Of a stretch of 64,000 nucleotides of DNA, positions 1 to 9,410 are shown piece after piece. Position 1 is the first letter of the stretch; each line of letters begins with the position of its first letter. The notes beneath the pieces are model-generated. The model ran no database searches and was not told where the DNA came from. It saw only the letters and a program-made list of their open reading frames with translations. Source of the DNA: an uncultured Flavobacteriales bacterium (GTDB taxonomy: Bacteria > Bacteroidota > Bacteroidia > Flavobacteriales_D > Parvicellaceae). Both the position numbers and the translations under genes were made by a program. The stretch covers positions 19,070 to 83,069 of the forward strand of contig CALSNM010000004.1 of assembly GCA_943787725.1 (NCBI GenBank), read 5' to 3'.

Positions 1-1271
1 GAACCAGACTGAATCTTGGCTACCTGGACCCAACTAGTCCCGTTAAAGGCCTCAACATATGTACTATTGAGAGGGGTGTAATTGGAACCGCACATGAAAT
101 GCTCAAATGATAATAGCGGATTTGATAAGGTAGAAACATCCACATCAGGTAGTTGAAGAATTACAGCTGTTGCATCACCAATACTGTTTGACATATCAAG
201 TGTGGCAAAATTACCTGAATTACCTGTATGATCTGAAGGATCCGACCCACAGCCCGAATTATTCCAGGCAAAATCCGAATCTGCGGTTCCAAAGGTCCAA
301 TCATAACCACTGGTTTTAGATTGCGTCCAACAGGAAGGAATTGATGTTGCGTCGAAATTTTCAGTAAATGGAGCAGAACTGGCATTACAAGGAGTTGCAA
401 AACTACCAGCCACCCAATTTGATTGGTTTGGACCACAATCGGATCTAACCCACCAATAGTAAGTGGTAGCTGGAGTAAGTCCCGTTAAACCATCTGAAAC
501 ACCTACTAAGCCAGCGACCGTTGGTGTAGTTCCAGAAGTAGGACTCGTATTAGATGTAGACAAGTAGTAGTCATAACCAACACCAGGAGCAGGCGATGAA
601 GCAGTCCAAGAAATTGTTGCAGAAGTAGAAGTTACTGAGGAAGATGTAGGTGCAGAAGGACTTGGACATGCTGTTTCAGTAACCGTAACATTATCATAAA
701 TTATGTAGTTATCACCTGATCCCAATACATAGATAAATGCTATGTAGAGATTTGCTAAGGGAGGTGGGGAAAAACTTAAAACATGAAGTTGGCATTCTGA
801 TGAAGAACTTATTGGACTTCCAATCAAAGTCCCTGGATCGTTTTCGGTGGGAATAGTTTCTTTATAAAAAACTTTCAACTCACCCCATTCAGTTGCAGAC
901 CTGTCCGGGTAAGGGGAATAGTAATCCGCCAAAACAGTTTGAAAAGTTATATCAATTCCTCCTCCCATATGTCCCGTTATGGGAACATTATTCCATGCTC
1001 CAACCTGAATAGATGAGCCATTATTCCAAACATTATCGTAAAGACCATCTCCGTCGCAACCAACCCATCCGGGGGTAAAACCGTTATTATACCAATCCTG
1101 ACCACATCCTGAATTTTCCATATCACAGGAGTATGCTATTTGACCGAAACTAAGGGAGTGAAAAGTAAAAACATTTACAAACAGCAAAACAAGTAACTTG
1201 AAATAATATTTAAGTTTTAGCTCATTGCATACTACTGGAGAGGAAAACTTATTTGGATAGAAAACTTTCAT
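1..1271 (-). CDS. Secreted multidomain surface protein, N-terminal part (signal-like segment, FN3-like and MAM-like domains); 3' end lies beyond the window start
   Basis: Absent from the ORF track because it runs off the window. My reverse-complement translation from ATG 1271..1269 stays open to position 1. It shows a hydrophobic segment KLLVLLFVNVFTFHSLSFGQ, an FN3-like stretch PSAPTSSSVTSTSATISWTASSP...TTYYWWVRSDCG, and a MAM-like stretch FTENFDATSIPSCWTQSKTSGYDWTFG...SDHTGNSGNFATLDMS. The track ORF 161..436 is an alternative frame inside it. Confidence 0.7.
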   Translation of the reverse strand, partial: MKVFYPNKFSSPVVCNELKLKYYFKLLVLLFVNVFTFHSLSFGQIAYSCDMENSGCGQDWYNNGFTPGWVGCDGDGLYDNVWNNGSSIQVGAWNNVPITGHMGGGIDITFQTVLADYYSPYPDRSATEWGELKVFYKETIPTENDPGTLIGSPISSSSECQLHVLSFSPPPLANLYIAFIYVLGSGDNYIIYDNVTVTETACPSPSAPTSSSVTSTSATISWTASSPAPGVGYDYYLSTSNTSPTSGTTPTVAGLVGVSDGLTGLTPATTYYWWVRSDCGPNQSNWVAGSFATPCNASSAPFTENFDATSIPSCWTQSKTSGYDWTFGTADSDFAWNNSGCGSDPSDHTGNSGNFATLDMSNSIGDATAVILQLPDVDVSTLSNPLLSFEHFMCGSNYTPLNSTYVEAFNGTSWVQVAKIQSG

Positions 1272-1309
1272 AATTGATGTAATTTATCTGTAACACAAAA
1301 AATACTGAA

Positions 1310-1317
1310 CAAATATA
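1310..1317 (-). promoter_or_regulatory. Candidate Bacteroidota sigma-A -7 box (TAnnTTTG) upstream of the 1..1271 gene
   Basis: The minus strand reads TATATTTG about 38 nt upstream of ATG 1271. This is a motif match only. Confidence 0.25.
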
Positions 1318-1530
1318 GTTGTTTTTTTGATTTGGAACAAAAAAACGACAAGTGAATAGAACTCCACATTCAAAACACTTTGTAAATAAAACGACTAATA
1401 ACATGGAAAGGTTGCCTTGAACAAAAAAAAACTGTGTTTTTTTTAGCAATTTGCTTTCATTTTCTTCTCTTCGTTCATACACATATGTAAGACACAATCA
1501 AAAAATATATTGACTAAAAAAAAGGTAATA

Positions 1531-3807
1531 CTATGCTGAGGACCTAGACAAAACAGCTTCTAAACAACCAACCATTTCTTTGGCATTTTCTTTAGAAAAA
1601 CACAATGGCGGCTTAGACTTAAGCACATTATCAAAAGGTCCATCTGTACTTATCAAAATATTGGTCTTTCTAAATTCATTTTTGATGTGTTGTGCCAAAT
1701 CCGTATCCGGATCATCAGTATTCGCTTTCACTATTTCAACTCCAATAAATAATCCCGCACCCCTGACATCTCCAATTACATCATATCGGCTTTGTAACTC
1801 TTTTAAAAGTAACTGGTAATAATCACCTACTTCTTTGGCATTTTCTTGGAGTTTCTCTTCTTCAATAACCTCTAAAACAGCTTTGCCAATTGCACATGAA
1901 ACCGGATTCCCTCCAAAAGAGCTAAAAAACTCAACACCTTTCTCAAAAGATGCTGAAATTTCATCCGTAACTACAACAGCACCCATCGGATGACCGTTAC
2001 CCATAGGTTTTCCCAAAATAACCATATCAGGGACAACTCCATGCATCTCAAAACCCCAGAACGAATCTCCCAAACGACCAAAACCCGTTTGAACTTCATC
2101 ACTTATGCAAACTCCTCCTTGCGCCCTTATTGCTGGGTATAGTGCTTTTAAATAACCTGCAGCTAAAGGGACCTGACCTCCACAACCAACTATTGGCTCT
2201 GCTATAAATGCTCCTATTTCATTACTAAATTCTTTCATTTGAGCAATCGCGTCTTCGGCATATTTTATTCCTGAATTACGGTTTTCACTCCCATAGATTC
2301 CTCTGTACGTATCAGGAATAGGAACTTTCAAAACATGATTTTGCTTTCCATCACCTTTTTTATTACTAAACTTATAATCAGACATTTGCATTCCAATTTG
2401 GGTATTACCATGATAACCATGCTCCATAACCATGACGCTCTTTCTTCTTGTATGCGCATGCGCCATTCTGTAGGCTAAATCGGCCGCTGCACTTCCAGAA
2501 TTAACAAAAAACACCTTGGTAAGGGATTTTGGAAACTTGGACAACAAATGTTCTGCATAGTCTGATAACTCCGGGTATAAATACCGTGTATTTGTATTTA
2601 AAGAAGCCATTTGACTCTGCCCCGCAGCAACCACTTTAGGATGACAATGCCCTACATGTGGTATATTATTATACGCATCCAAAATTGAGTTCCCAGCACT
2701 ATCATACATGTACTGAAAAGCTGCTTTTTCCATTACAATTGGATCCTTGTAACTGACAGACAAGAGTGGACTTAAAACTTGTAAGCGTTTTTGTAATTCC
2801 ACATCTGCCAAAAGCTCTTTTCTCTTTGGCAATTCGCAAACCTCACGCAGCATTTCCTCAACAGCAATTGGACCAACTCGCAATAAATACTTCAGTAGTT
2901 TCCAGGAATGTTTTTCACTGTTTAACGCATGCGTATTATCTGGGTCTGTTTTCCTAGAATGTGCCGATCTGCATACACTTACCGCCAGTCGAGCAGCCAT
3001 CACATAATACAATATTTCAACTTCTTTTTCTTCAACCGGAATTATCGCATTGTACCCTTTTAACGCAGAAGCTATCCACTGCAACGGTTCGTCTTTATCG
3101 TAACCGCTATAAACCAATGCTATTCCCAATTCATAGACCAAAGGTGCATAGGTAATGTCTCCAAAATCGATCGCTCCCACTACTCGATCGTTTTTTACCA
3201 AAACGTTTCCTTCATTGTAATCACCGTGAATTATTTGACGACGAAACGTAGAAATAATCGGCAATACTTGGGCTTCAAACTGCTGAAAGAAATATTCAAC
3301 AATACTTCTATTATGCGCATTTGGAATATCTTTAATATACGCTATACTAATATGATAGTATTGTAAATCCCATTCGCATTCGCGCGCTTGAAGCACATAA
3401 CTTGTTGCTTTTTGAAGTTGTAAATTCAATTCTGCCAAAAAGCCGCCAAAAGAAGTTAATAACGCATGCGAATGTGGAGCTCCAGCTAGAAAGTTTTCAT
3501 CAATAAAGGCCAACATCCTGCAAATATGTTGTTCACCATCTATTTCAACTATCTTTAAGTAAGACCCATCCGAAAACTTTTCAGGAATAGGAAATAGACA
3601 TTTCGCGTTGCGTTCCAAACTTAATAAAACCTCGTTTTCAGCTTCAAGGTAAGCCAACAAATCCTTGCTAAACGCATATGTTTTGAAGATGTATTTATTG
3701 GAATCACCTGTTATGCTATAATTGGCATTATCGTAACCGCCAATCTTTTTTATCTCGATGGCTTCAAAATTGAATTCAGTTTGGAGTAACTCTTGTAAAA
3801 CTGTCAT
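1531..3807 (-). CDS. Fusion protein: N-terminal APH/hydroxylysine-kinase-like phosphotransferase plus C-terminal class-III PLP enzyme (aminotransferase / phospho-lyase-like)
   Basis: 758-aa ORF. The N-terminal half has kinase-like motifs [13 protein letters not shown] (HxDxxxxN) and AIDFGD. The C-terminal half has class-III PLP motifs [12 protein letters not shown] and [15 protein letters not shown] (Schiff-base Lys context). Confidence 0.8.
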   Translation of the reverse strand: MTVLQELLQTEFNFEAIEIKKIGGYDNANYSITGDSNKYIFKTYAFSKDLLAYLEAENEVLLSLERNAKCLFPIPEKFSDGSYLKIVEIDGEQHICRMLAFIDENFLAGAPHSHALLTSFGGFLAELNLQLQKATSYVLQARECEWDLQYYHISIAYIKDIPNAHNRSIVEYFFQQFEAQVLPIISTFRRQIIHGDYNEGNVLVKNDRVVGAIDFGDITYAPLVYELGIALVYSGYDKDEPLQWIASALKGYNAIIPVEEKEVEILYYVMAARLAVSVCRSAHSRKTDPDNTHALNSEKHSWKLLKYLLRVGPIAVEEMLREVCELPKRKELLADVELQKRLQVLSPLLSVSYKDPIVMEKAAFQYMYDSAGNSILDAYNNIPHVGHCHPKVVAAGQSQMASLNTNTRYLYPELSDYAEHLLSKFPKSLTKVFFVNSGSAAADLAYRMAHAHTRRKSVMVMEHGYHGNTQIGMQMSDYKFSNKKGDGKQNHVLKVPIPDTYRGIYGSENRNSGIKYAEDAIAQMKEFSNEIGAFIAEPIVGCGGQVPLAAGYLKALYPAIRAQGGVCISDEVQTGFGRLGDSFWGFEMHGVVPDMVILGKPMGNGHPMGAVVVTDEISASFEKGVEFFSSFGGNPVSCAIGKAVLEVIEEEKLQENAKEVGDYYQLLLKELQSRYDVIGDVRGAGLFIGVEIVKANTDDPDTDLAQHIKNEFRKTNILISTDGPFDNVLKSKPPLCFSKENAKEMVGCLEAVLSRSSA

Positions 3808-3849
3808 AATTGCACTTCGCTAATCAAAAAATAAACAACAATTTAACCC

Positions 3850-4950
3850 CTATTTTTCTTTCAAAAACTTCAATAATAAGCGCTGAAAATGATGAACGCC
3901 TCTCTCTTTAGTTGGAGAAAATCGTCCTGCTTTGTAAAACCTTGATTTAAGCCCCTTATGAACACCTTCTACAACGTATTCATCTTCTCTTTCCACTTTA
4001 TCAAGAAGCGCCCCAGCTCCTTCGGAAAGTTTTGTTTCATCAAACACATAAGATACAAATGAAACTCTTGTTCTATTTATTGAAATAGGCTTTACAATGT
4101 TTATAGACAAACCCCAAGGGTAAAAATTAAACATCATGTTAGGGAAAATCCAATAATAGTAAGCACCAACTTGTTTTCCAAAATCAGGGTGACCCTCAGG
4201 TAAATCAAACACTTCTTCTCCTCCAGATGAATAGCCTATTTGTAAATTACAATAATCATACAGCACAGTTTCATAACTACCATAATCCAGTGCATCATTT
4301 AAATCCGGATGTACAAAAGGAATATGAAAGCCTTCTAAGTAATTATCACAGTACAATGCCCAATTACAGTTAATCAAATAATCTTTTGAAATTGTTTCAT
4401 TCAACTTGAAAATTTCTAAAGGCAAAAACCCTATTCGCTCTTGCATTACACGTGTAACTTCATCAAAATCAAACGATTTATCTAAACTTGAAAAAATATG
4501 CCCCTTAAATAAGGAAGATGAAAATAAATGCAAATCATCACATGGACGCGGAAAGTTTTTTGCTTGACTAAACTCAGGCATCATTTTGAAAGTTCCGTCC
4601 AGGTTGTATCTTCTTCCATGATACATGCAAGCTAACTGCTTTTGCCTACCTGCATGCTCAACAACGATATTGGCACGGTGTGTACAAACGTTACTTAATG
4701 TTATAATTTCATCCTTCGCATTCTTAACAAGAACAATTGGTTCGTCTAAATACCCATCGAATAAAGTCAAAGGAAAAACGGATTCTGAAAAAGGCAATAA
4801 GTCTTTTTCCATTCCAACCCAATGCCAAGAGCGAACAAAAACACGCTCTCTAATTAAATCAAAAACCTCTTGACTTTGGTAGAATATTGCAGGTAAAGTT
4901 TCTGCCGCCTCAATATTTTCACTTATTTCTAAATCGTTAATCATCACCAA
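3850..4950 (-). CDS. Rieske [2Fe-2S] non-heme iron oxygenase, alpha-subunit type (choline-monooxygenase-like family)
   Basis: CTHRANIVVEHAGRQKQLACMYHGRRY matches CxH-x16-CxxH. The mononuclear iron motif NYLEGFHIPFVHP is present. The gene overlaps the upstream permease gene by 14 nt. Confidence 0.8.
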   Translation of the reverse strand: MVMINDLEISENIEAAETLPAIFYQSQEVFDLIRERVFVRSWHWVGMEKDLLPFSESVFPLTLFDGYLDEPIVLVKNAKDEIITLSNVCTHRANIVVEHAGRQKQLACMYHGRRYNLDGTFKMMPEFSQAKNFPRPCDDLHLFSSSLFKGHIFSSLDKSFDFDEVTRVMQERIGFLPLEIFKLNETISKDYLINCNWALYCDNYLEGFHIPFVHPDLNDALDYGSYETVLYDYCNLQIGYSSGGEEVFDLPEGHPDFGKQVGAYYYWIFPNMMFNFYPWGLSINIVKPISINRTRVSFVSYVFDETKLSEGAGALLDKVEREDEYVVEGVHKGLKSRFYKAGRFSPTKERGVHHFQRLLLKFLKEK

Positions 4951-6235
4951 TATTATTTATATAAATATAAAAAGGAATTCCAATCATTAAAAGAATAAAA
5001 CCATAAAAAACAACTTCTTGCCCACAACCAATTATTACCCAAATAGAAAACATAAACGCTAGCAGTGCCACAAGAACATTGGCTTTGTTTTTCAAACTCT
5101 TCTTTTCCTTATTAACCATTATCCAAAATGTAGCGATAGAAAAAAGGTAAGGTGTAAGAACAGATAATGTAGAGAGTTTCATCATAAATGAAAAGGCATC
5201 AACCAAGGATTTACTATAATTCAACATCATCAATGCAGAAGCCAATATGCTTGAGATTATTATTCCAATTACAGGAGAATCATTTCTATTAACCTTCACA
5301 AATATTTTTGGAAACAGATTGTCTTTGGCTGCGCTGTAAGGAATTCTTCCTTGTATCAAGATCCAACCATTTAAGGCTCCCAACGAAGCAATAACAGCAC
5401 CCCAAGCAAAGATCATCTTTCCTACTCCACCCCATAACTCATTGGCTGTATCTGCAAATGGCGCACTCGAATTCTTTAGTGCTCCTGGCGGAATTATACT
5501 TGACACTACAAGAAAGCTAATGATGTAAAGAGCTGCTGTAAAAATGGTTCCGTAAATAGTAGCTTTTTTTATGATTTGCTCTGCATTTGCAATTCCTTTT
5601 GAAGGTATCGTAGCACTTTCCATTCCGAGAAATGCGAAAAAAGTTAACGTTGTGGCTGCAGTTATACTTTCAAAACTAACAGAAGCTTCTGCTGCCCAAA
5701 TTTCTAAATTCGATAGATTCACATAGAAAATTCCAACTGTTGCTAAAAAAACTAATGGAGCTACTTTAAGAACAGTAGTTAAAAGCTGCACAATTCCAAT
5801 CGTTTTTATTTGCTTAGTATTTATCCATGTAAAAAACCAAACAAATCCTAAACCGGTAATAATAGAGTTGAACGCGCTAGCACCAACAATTGGAAATATT
5901 ACACTCAGGTAACTCACCAGAGCTACTGCTATGGCAGCATTTGTTGACCAAATTGAGATCCAATACCCCCAAGCAACTAAATAGCCTGGAAACCTCCCGA
6001 GTCCGAATACTGTAAAGGCATAAGGACCGCCCTCAGAATTTTTTAAATGCTTACTTAGATATCCAAAAATTATTGAGAGTAAAATTGCTCCAAATGCAGA
6101 AAAGAGCCATCCAAAAACACTATTCAAACCGTAAATAGCCAATGTAACCGGAAGTAAGAAAACACCCGAACCAATCATATTCCCTACCACTAAAGAAGTA
6201 GCGGGCCAAAATCCTATTTTATCTTGGGCTTTCAT
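4937..6235 (-). CDS. APC-family amino acid / amine permease
   Basis: 432-aa polytopic hydrophobic ORF with an N-terminal GNMIGSGVFLLP motif typical of APC transporters (AdiC/PotE-like). Confidence 0.75.
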   Translation of the reverse strand: MKAQDKIGFWPATSLVVGNMIGSGVFLLPVTLAIYGLNSVFGWLFSAFGAILLSIIFGYLSKHLKNSEGGPYAFTVFGLGRFPGYLVAWGYWISIWSTNAAIAVALVSYLSVIFPIVGASAFNSIITGLGFVWFFTWINTKQIKTIGIVQLLTTVLKVAPLVFLATVGIFYVNLSNLEIWAAEASVSFESITAATTLTFFAFLGMESATIPSKGIANAEQIIKKATIYGTIFTAALYIISFLVVSSIIPPGALKNSSAPFADTANELWGGVGKMIFAWGAVIASLGALNGWILIQGRIPYSAAKDNLFPKIFVKVNRNDSPVIGIIISSILASALMMLNYSKSLVDAFSFMMKLSTLSVLTPYLFSIATFWIMVNKEKKSLKNKANVLVALLAFMFSIWVIIGCGQEVVFYGFILLMIGIPFYIYINNIGDD

Positions 6236-6519
6236 TTTTTCAAATATTGAAAAATATATTTATTAATACACAATTTAAAAACAGAAAAAAAATTAGTATC
6301 GGAAGTTAACCTAGAAATGGAAAAACAGAACTAACATTTAGCAAAAACAAAAGAAGAAAATTATTTTAACAAAAATAATTCGAATGAAAAACCCAATTAA
6401 TTGATGAATTCAGTTTAATTGATTCTTTTGTTTGGTAAATTAGTAAAAAAAATAAACAAAAATATAAATACCTTTACAGCGAATTTAGATTGAATACATA
6501 CTAAACATTTCCAATAATT

Positions 6520-6933
6520 ATGAATAAAACAGCCATTATCCGTTGTGAGCATTTTAATTCTGCTCACAGATTGCATAACCCTGATTGGAGCGAGGAAAAA
6601 AATCAGATGATCTTTGGGAAATGTAACAATCCAAACTACCATGGACACAACTACGACTTAGAAGTTAAAGTTATTGGAATTTGTAATCCTTCTACCGGTT
6701 ATGTTATCGATGCGAAAGTTCTCTCTGATTTGATTAAGGAAAAAGTGCTGGATAGGTTTGACCACAAAAACCTTAACCTAGATACAGAGGAATTCAAAAA
6801 TTTGAATCCGACTGCAGAAAATATTGCAATGGTAATTTACAACATCCTAAAGCCAGAATTAGAAAATAACCTAGAACTACAAATAAAGCTTTACGAAACA
6901 GCAAGAAACTATGTTGAATACCCTTACCGGTAA
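6520..6933 (+). CDS. 6-pyruvoyl-tetrahydropterin synthase (PTPS/QueD family, eukaryote-like type)
   Basis: 137 aa. SAHRLHNP, FGKCNNPNYHGHNY, FDHKNLNLD and YETARNY closely match the mammalian PTPS zinc and catalytic motifs (Cys, Asp-His, Glu). Confidence 0.85.
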   Translation: MNKTAIIRCEHFNSAHRLHNPDWSEEKNQMIFGKCNNPNYHGHNYDLEVKVIGICNPSTGYVIDAKVLSDLIKEKVLDRFDHKNLNLDTEEFKNLNPTAENIAMVIYNILKPELENNLELQIKLYETARNYVEYPYR

Positions 6934-6954
6934 TGAAAGAAAATTTACTTTTTT

Positions 6955-7725
6955 TCAATCTTGCTGAAGAACCCTTCTAAGACCGATGAAAACAAAAATC
7001 ATTGGAGAATAACATAGAAAAAAAACAAGTATATAATCTTTTAATCCAAGAACCAGCATTGCACTTATAATCAAAAGTTGAAATCCCAAACCAAAAGTTG
7101 ACAACGCTGTCATCAGAAATTTTGGAAAATTTCGCGCACTGGAAGCGCTTGAATCTAAAGTATATATTACCTTATCAAACAAGCCATAAAGCCCTTTATA
7201 AATCTTAAAGAGTAAATCCACATTTTTCTGTTTTTCATCACCTAAGGCGGCAGGTGAATTAAATTCGAACACCCTACTTGTAGTATCACCATTCACATTA
7301 TTTCTTAAAATAACGTAATAATAATTGTACAAAGTACCTTGCAATTGAATTCCTAAAAAAGCGAAAAAAGAAATTATTACACTAGCTTCTGAACAATACC
7401 ATAGCGCTGAGAAAATAAAAAAATTTAATATGATGTCTGCTACTGAATCTAAGTACCTACCCGTATGAGAAGGCGTTTTTTTTACTCTTGCTAGCTCTCC
7501 ATCCGCTGCGTCCAAGATTGATTTAAGCAATAAAAAAAAAGCAGCAAACCAATAATATCCCAATAAAATGCAAAGTATGGCTATTATACCCGAAACGATA
7601 AACCACAAAGTGACATCAATTGGAGTGCAAGAAGTTTCTTTCAAAGAATTAGCTATAATCCGCGCCAGAGGTCTTCCATAATCTGAAAAATCTAAAAACC
7701 TGTATTGTTTAGGCAATTTGGACAT
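6955..7725 (-). CDS. CDP-alcohol phosphatidyltransferase family membrane protein
   Basis: DAADGELARVKKTPSHTGRYLDSVAD matches D-x2-D-G-x2-A-R-x8-G-x3-D-x3-D. Several TM segments are present. Confidence 0.8.
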   Translation of the reverse strand: MSKLPKQYRFLDFSDYGRPLARIIANSLKETSCTPIDVTLWFIVSGIIAILCILLGYYWFAAFFLLLKSILDAADGELARVKKTPSHTGRYLDSVADIILNFFIFSALWYCSEASVIISFFAFLGIQLQGTLYNYYYVILRNNVNGDTTSRVFEFNSPAALGDEKQKNVDLLFKIYKGLYGLFDKVIYTLDSSASSARNFPKFLMTALSTFGLGFQLLIISAMLVLGLKDYILVFFLCYSPMIFVFIGLRRVLQQD

Positions 7726-7887
7726 AATGATTTTCTTGTTAAATATTTTCTAGCTCCTTTGGCTTGTGTAACAACTTATTATTTAGGTTGGTAAATGTAC
7801 AATAGCTCTGCATATAATTAACATAAAAAAATAGTTTTGTTTAATATTTGTGACTTTTTGATAAACAATTACGTAACTTTGCTTAAA

Positions 7888-8664
7888 ATGCAATCTAGAA
7901 CTTGCAAATTTTATTTTATTTCAAAACTATCTGAACACAACGTATACAGTCGAACATTAAAACAAAACAAATTGAAAAAGGACAACTTACTAATTGAAGA
8001 TTACAATAAAATCTCGGATCTCTCCTATGATGAAATAGGAGATGACCACATATCAACAGGACTAGAAACTCCAATGAAAGCAAATGCATTTGAGATTACA
8101 AATGATGAAAAAAAAGAAAAAATTGCTAATTTATTCAACGGAATAATGGATGTTTTGGGTTTAGACCTCTCCGATGACTCCTTGAAAGATACTCCGAAAA
8201 GAGTAGCAAAAATGTATGTTGAAGAAATTTTCTCCGGTCTTAACCCTGAAAACAAACCTAAAATTTCACTATTTGAAAATAAATATAGGTACAACCAGAT
8301 GTTAGTGGAAAAGAACATAACCTTTTATTCTAACTGTGAACATCATTTTGTTCCAATCATAGGGGAAGCGCATATAGCTTATATCTCCTCTGGAAAAGTT
8401 ATTGGGTTATCGAAACTTAATCGCATAGTTCAGTACTATGCTAAGCGTCCTCAAGTGCAAGAGCGACTAACAAACCAAATAGCTGAAGATTTAAAAGAAA
8501 TTTTGAACACCAAAGACGTAGCTGTAATAATTGATGCAAAACATTTGTGTGTTTCTTCTCGAGGAGTTAAGGACAATACCTCAAGCACAATCACATCTTA
8601 CTATGGAGGTGTATTTCAAGATTCTGCCAAGATAACAGAGCTCCAGAATTACATCAACAAATAA
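7888..8664 (+). CDS. folE: GTP cyclohydrolase I (FolE)
   Basis: Motifs DTPKRVAKMY, CEHHFVPIIG, AKRPQVQERLT and HLCVSSRG. The start is uncertain: the track gives TTG 7837, the first ATG is 7888, and TTG 7972 would give a flavobacterial-length N-terminus. A TAACTTTG box lies at 7874..7881. Confidence 0.85.
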   Translation: MQSRTCKFYFISKLSEHNVYSRTLKQNKLKKDNLLIEDYNKISDLSYDEIGDDHISTGLETPMKANAFEITNDEKKEKIANLFNGIMDVLGLDLSDDSLKDTPKRVAKMYVEEIFSGLNPENKPKISLFENKYRYNQMLVEKNITFYSNCEHHFVPIIGEAHIAYISSGKVIGLSKLNRIVQYYAKRPQVQERLTNQIAEDLKEILNTKDVAVIIDAKHLCVSSRGVKDNTSSTITSYYGGVFQDSAKITELQNYINK

Positions 8665-8675
8665 TTTACCACAAC

Positions 8676-9410
8676 TTATCTTAAAGCTTTCCTTATTAGC
8701 TGCTTGTAATGACCTTTGCAAGAAGATAGTAACTCCTGGTATCTCTCTGGAAATCTTTCTGATTTCCTCTTGTACTCCATAAAACCTGTTGAATCATGGA
8801 TATTATTGTACCAATACTTTGCCCAAACACCATCTTCTTTTCGAGGTCCTTTTTTCCATTGCAACATGTTTTCATCAAAACTAACTCCAATTAGTTCGCA
8901 AAATTGTTGCAATACTCCTTTCGGATTTTGTAATATTAGTTTTGAATCCAAAACGATGTATGGGATATTATTTTCTTCAAAATAGCTCTGCAGCTCCGTA
9001 TGGAATGCATATCCAATATCATTAATAGTTGGATTTTCAATCACTTTAACAAATGAAGGAATCATTTCTTTTGGATCGCGTGTTAAAATAACGTTTACCA
9101 CATCTTTCATAAATGAGCAATCCAAATCTAAAAGGTGATGTGTCATGTTTTTAAAGAAAACTAGAGGTTTACTATGACTCCCCATCATCCAGTCAATCAC
9201 TTTTTTGCCGTCATTTTCTTGAGATGCAATTACCTCCGATGCTCCTGGATGGTATTCTTTAGCGCTCGTATTGCATAAATAATAAGCATACAAGGGTTCA
9301 TCTACCACCAAAGTATCATCCCTTTGCGCAAATGAATACATCAAAGTTGTAGAAATATTTCTGGGACCGGACCAAAGACATATCCTCGTTATTCCATCTT
9401 TAGATTTCAT
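8676..9410 (-). CDS. Sulfotransferase-fold protein (PAPS-binding motifs present, substrate unknown)
   Basis: A 5'-PSB-like motif WSGPRNISTT and a 3'-PB-like motif LTRDPKEMIPS. The start overlaps the upstream aminotransferase stop by 4 nt. Confidence 0.45.
   Translation of the reverse strand: MKSKDGITRICLWSGPRNISTTLMYSFAQRDDTLVVDEPLYAYYLCNTSAKEYHPGASEVIASQENDGKKVIDWMMGSHSKPLVFFKNMTHHLLDLDCSFMKDVVNVILTRDPKEMIPSFVKVIENPTINDIGYAFHTELQSYFEENNIPYIVLDSKLILQNPKGVLQQFCELIGVSFDENMLQWKKGPRKEDGVWAKYWYNNIHDSTGFMEYKRKSERFPERYQELLSSCKGHYKQLIRKALR

Noticed and set aside
161-436. 91-aa minus-strand track ORF
   Set aside because: It is an alternative frame inside the long open MAM/FN3 reading frame (1..1271), and its translation is low-complexity with no motifs.
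1321-1447. A/T-only hairpins (gtttttttg..caaaaaaac at 1321..1346; A8-ctgtg-T8 at about 1424..1447) as terminators of the 1531..3807 gene
   Set aside because: The stems contain almost no G/C, so predicted stability is very low. They cannot be told apart from chance palindromes in AT-rich DNA.
1249-1497. 82-aa minus-strand ORF in an AT-rich spacer
   Set aside because: It overlaps the start of the 1..1271 gene in another frame, lies in an A/T homopolymer-rich intergenic region and has an implausible composition.
6415-6648. 77-aa minus-strand ORF overlapping the PTPS start
   Set aside because: It is antisense to a well-supported gene and extends into the AT-rich promoter region. No motifs.
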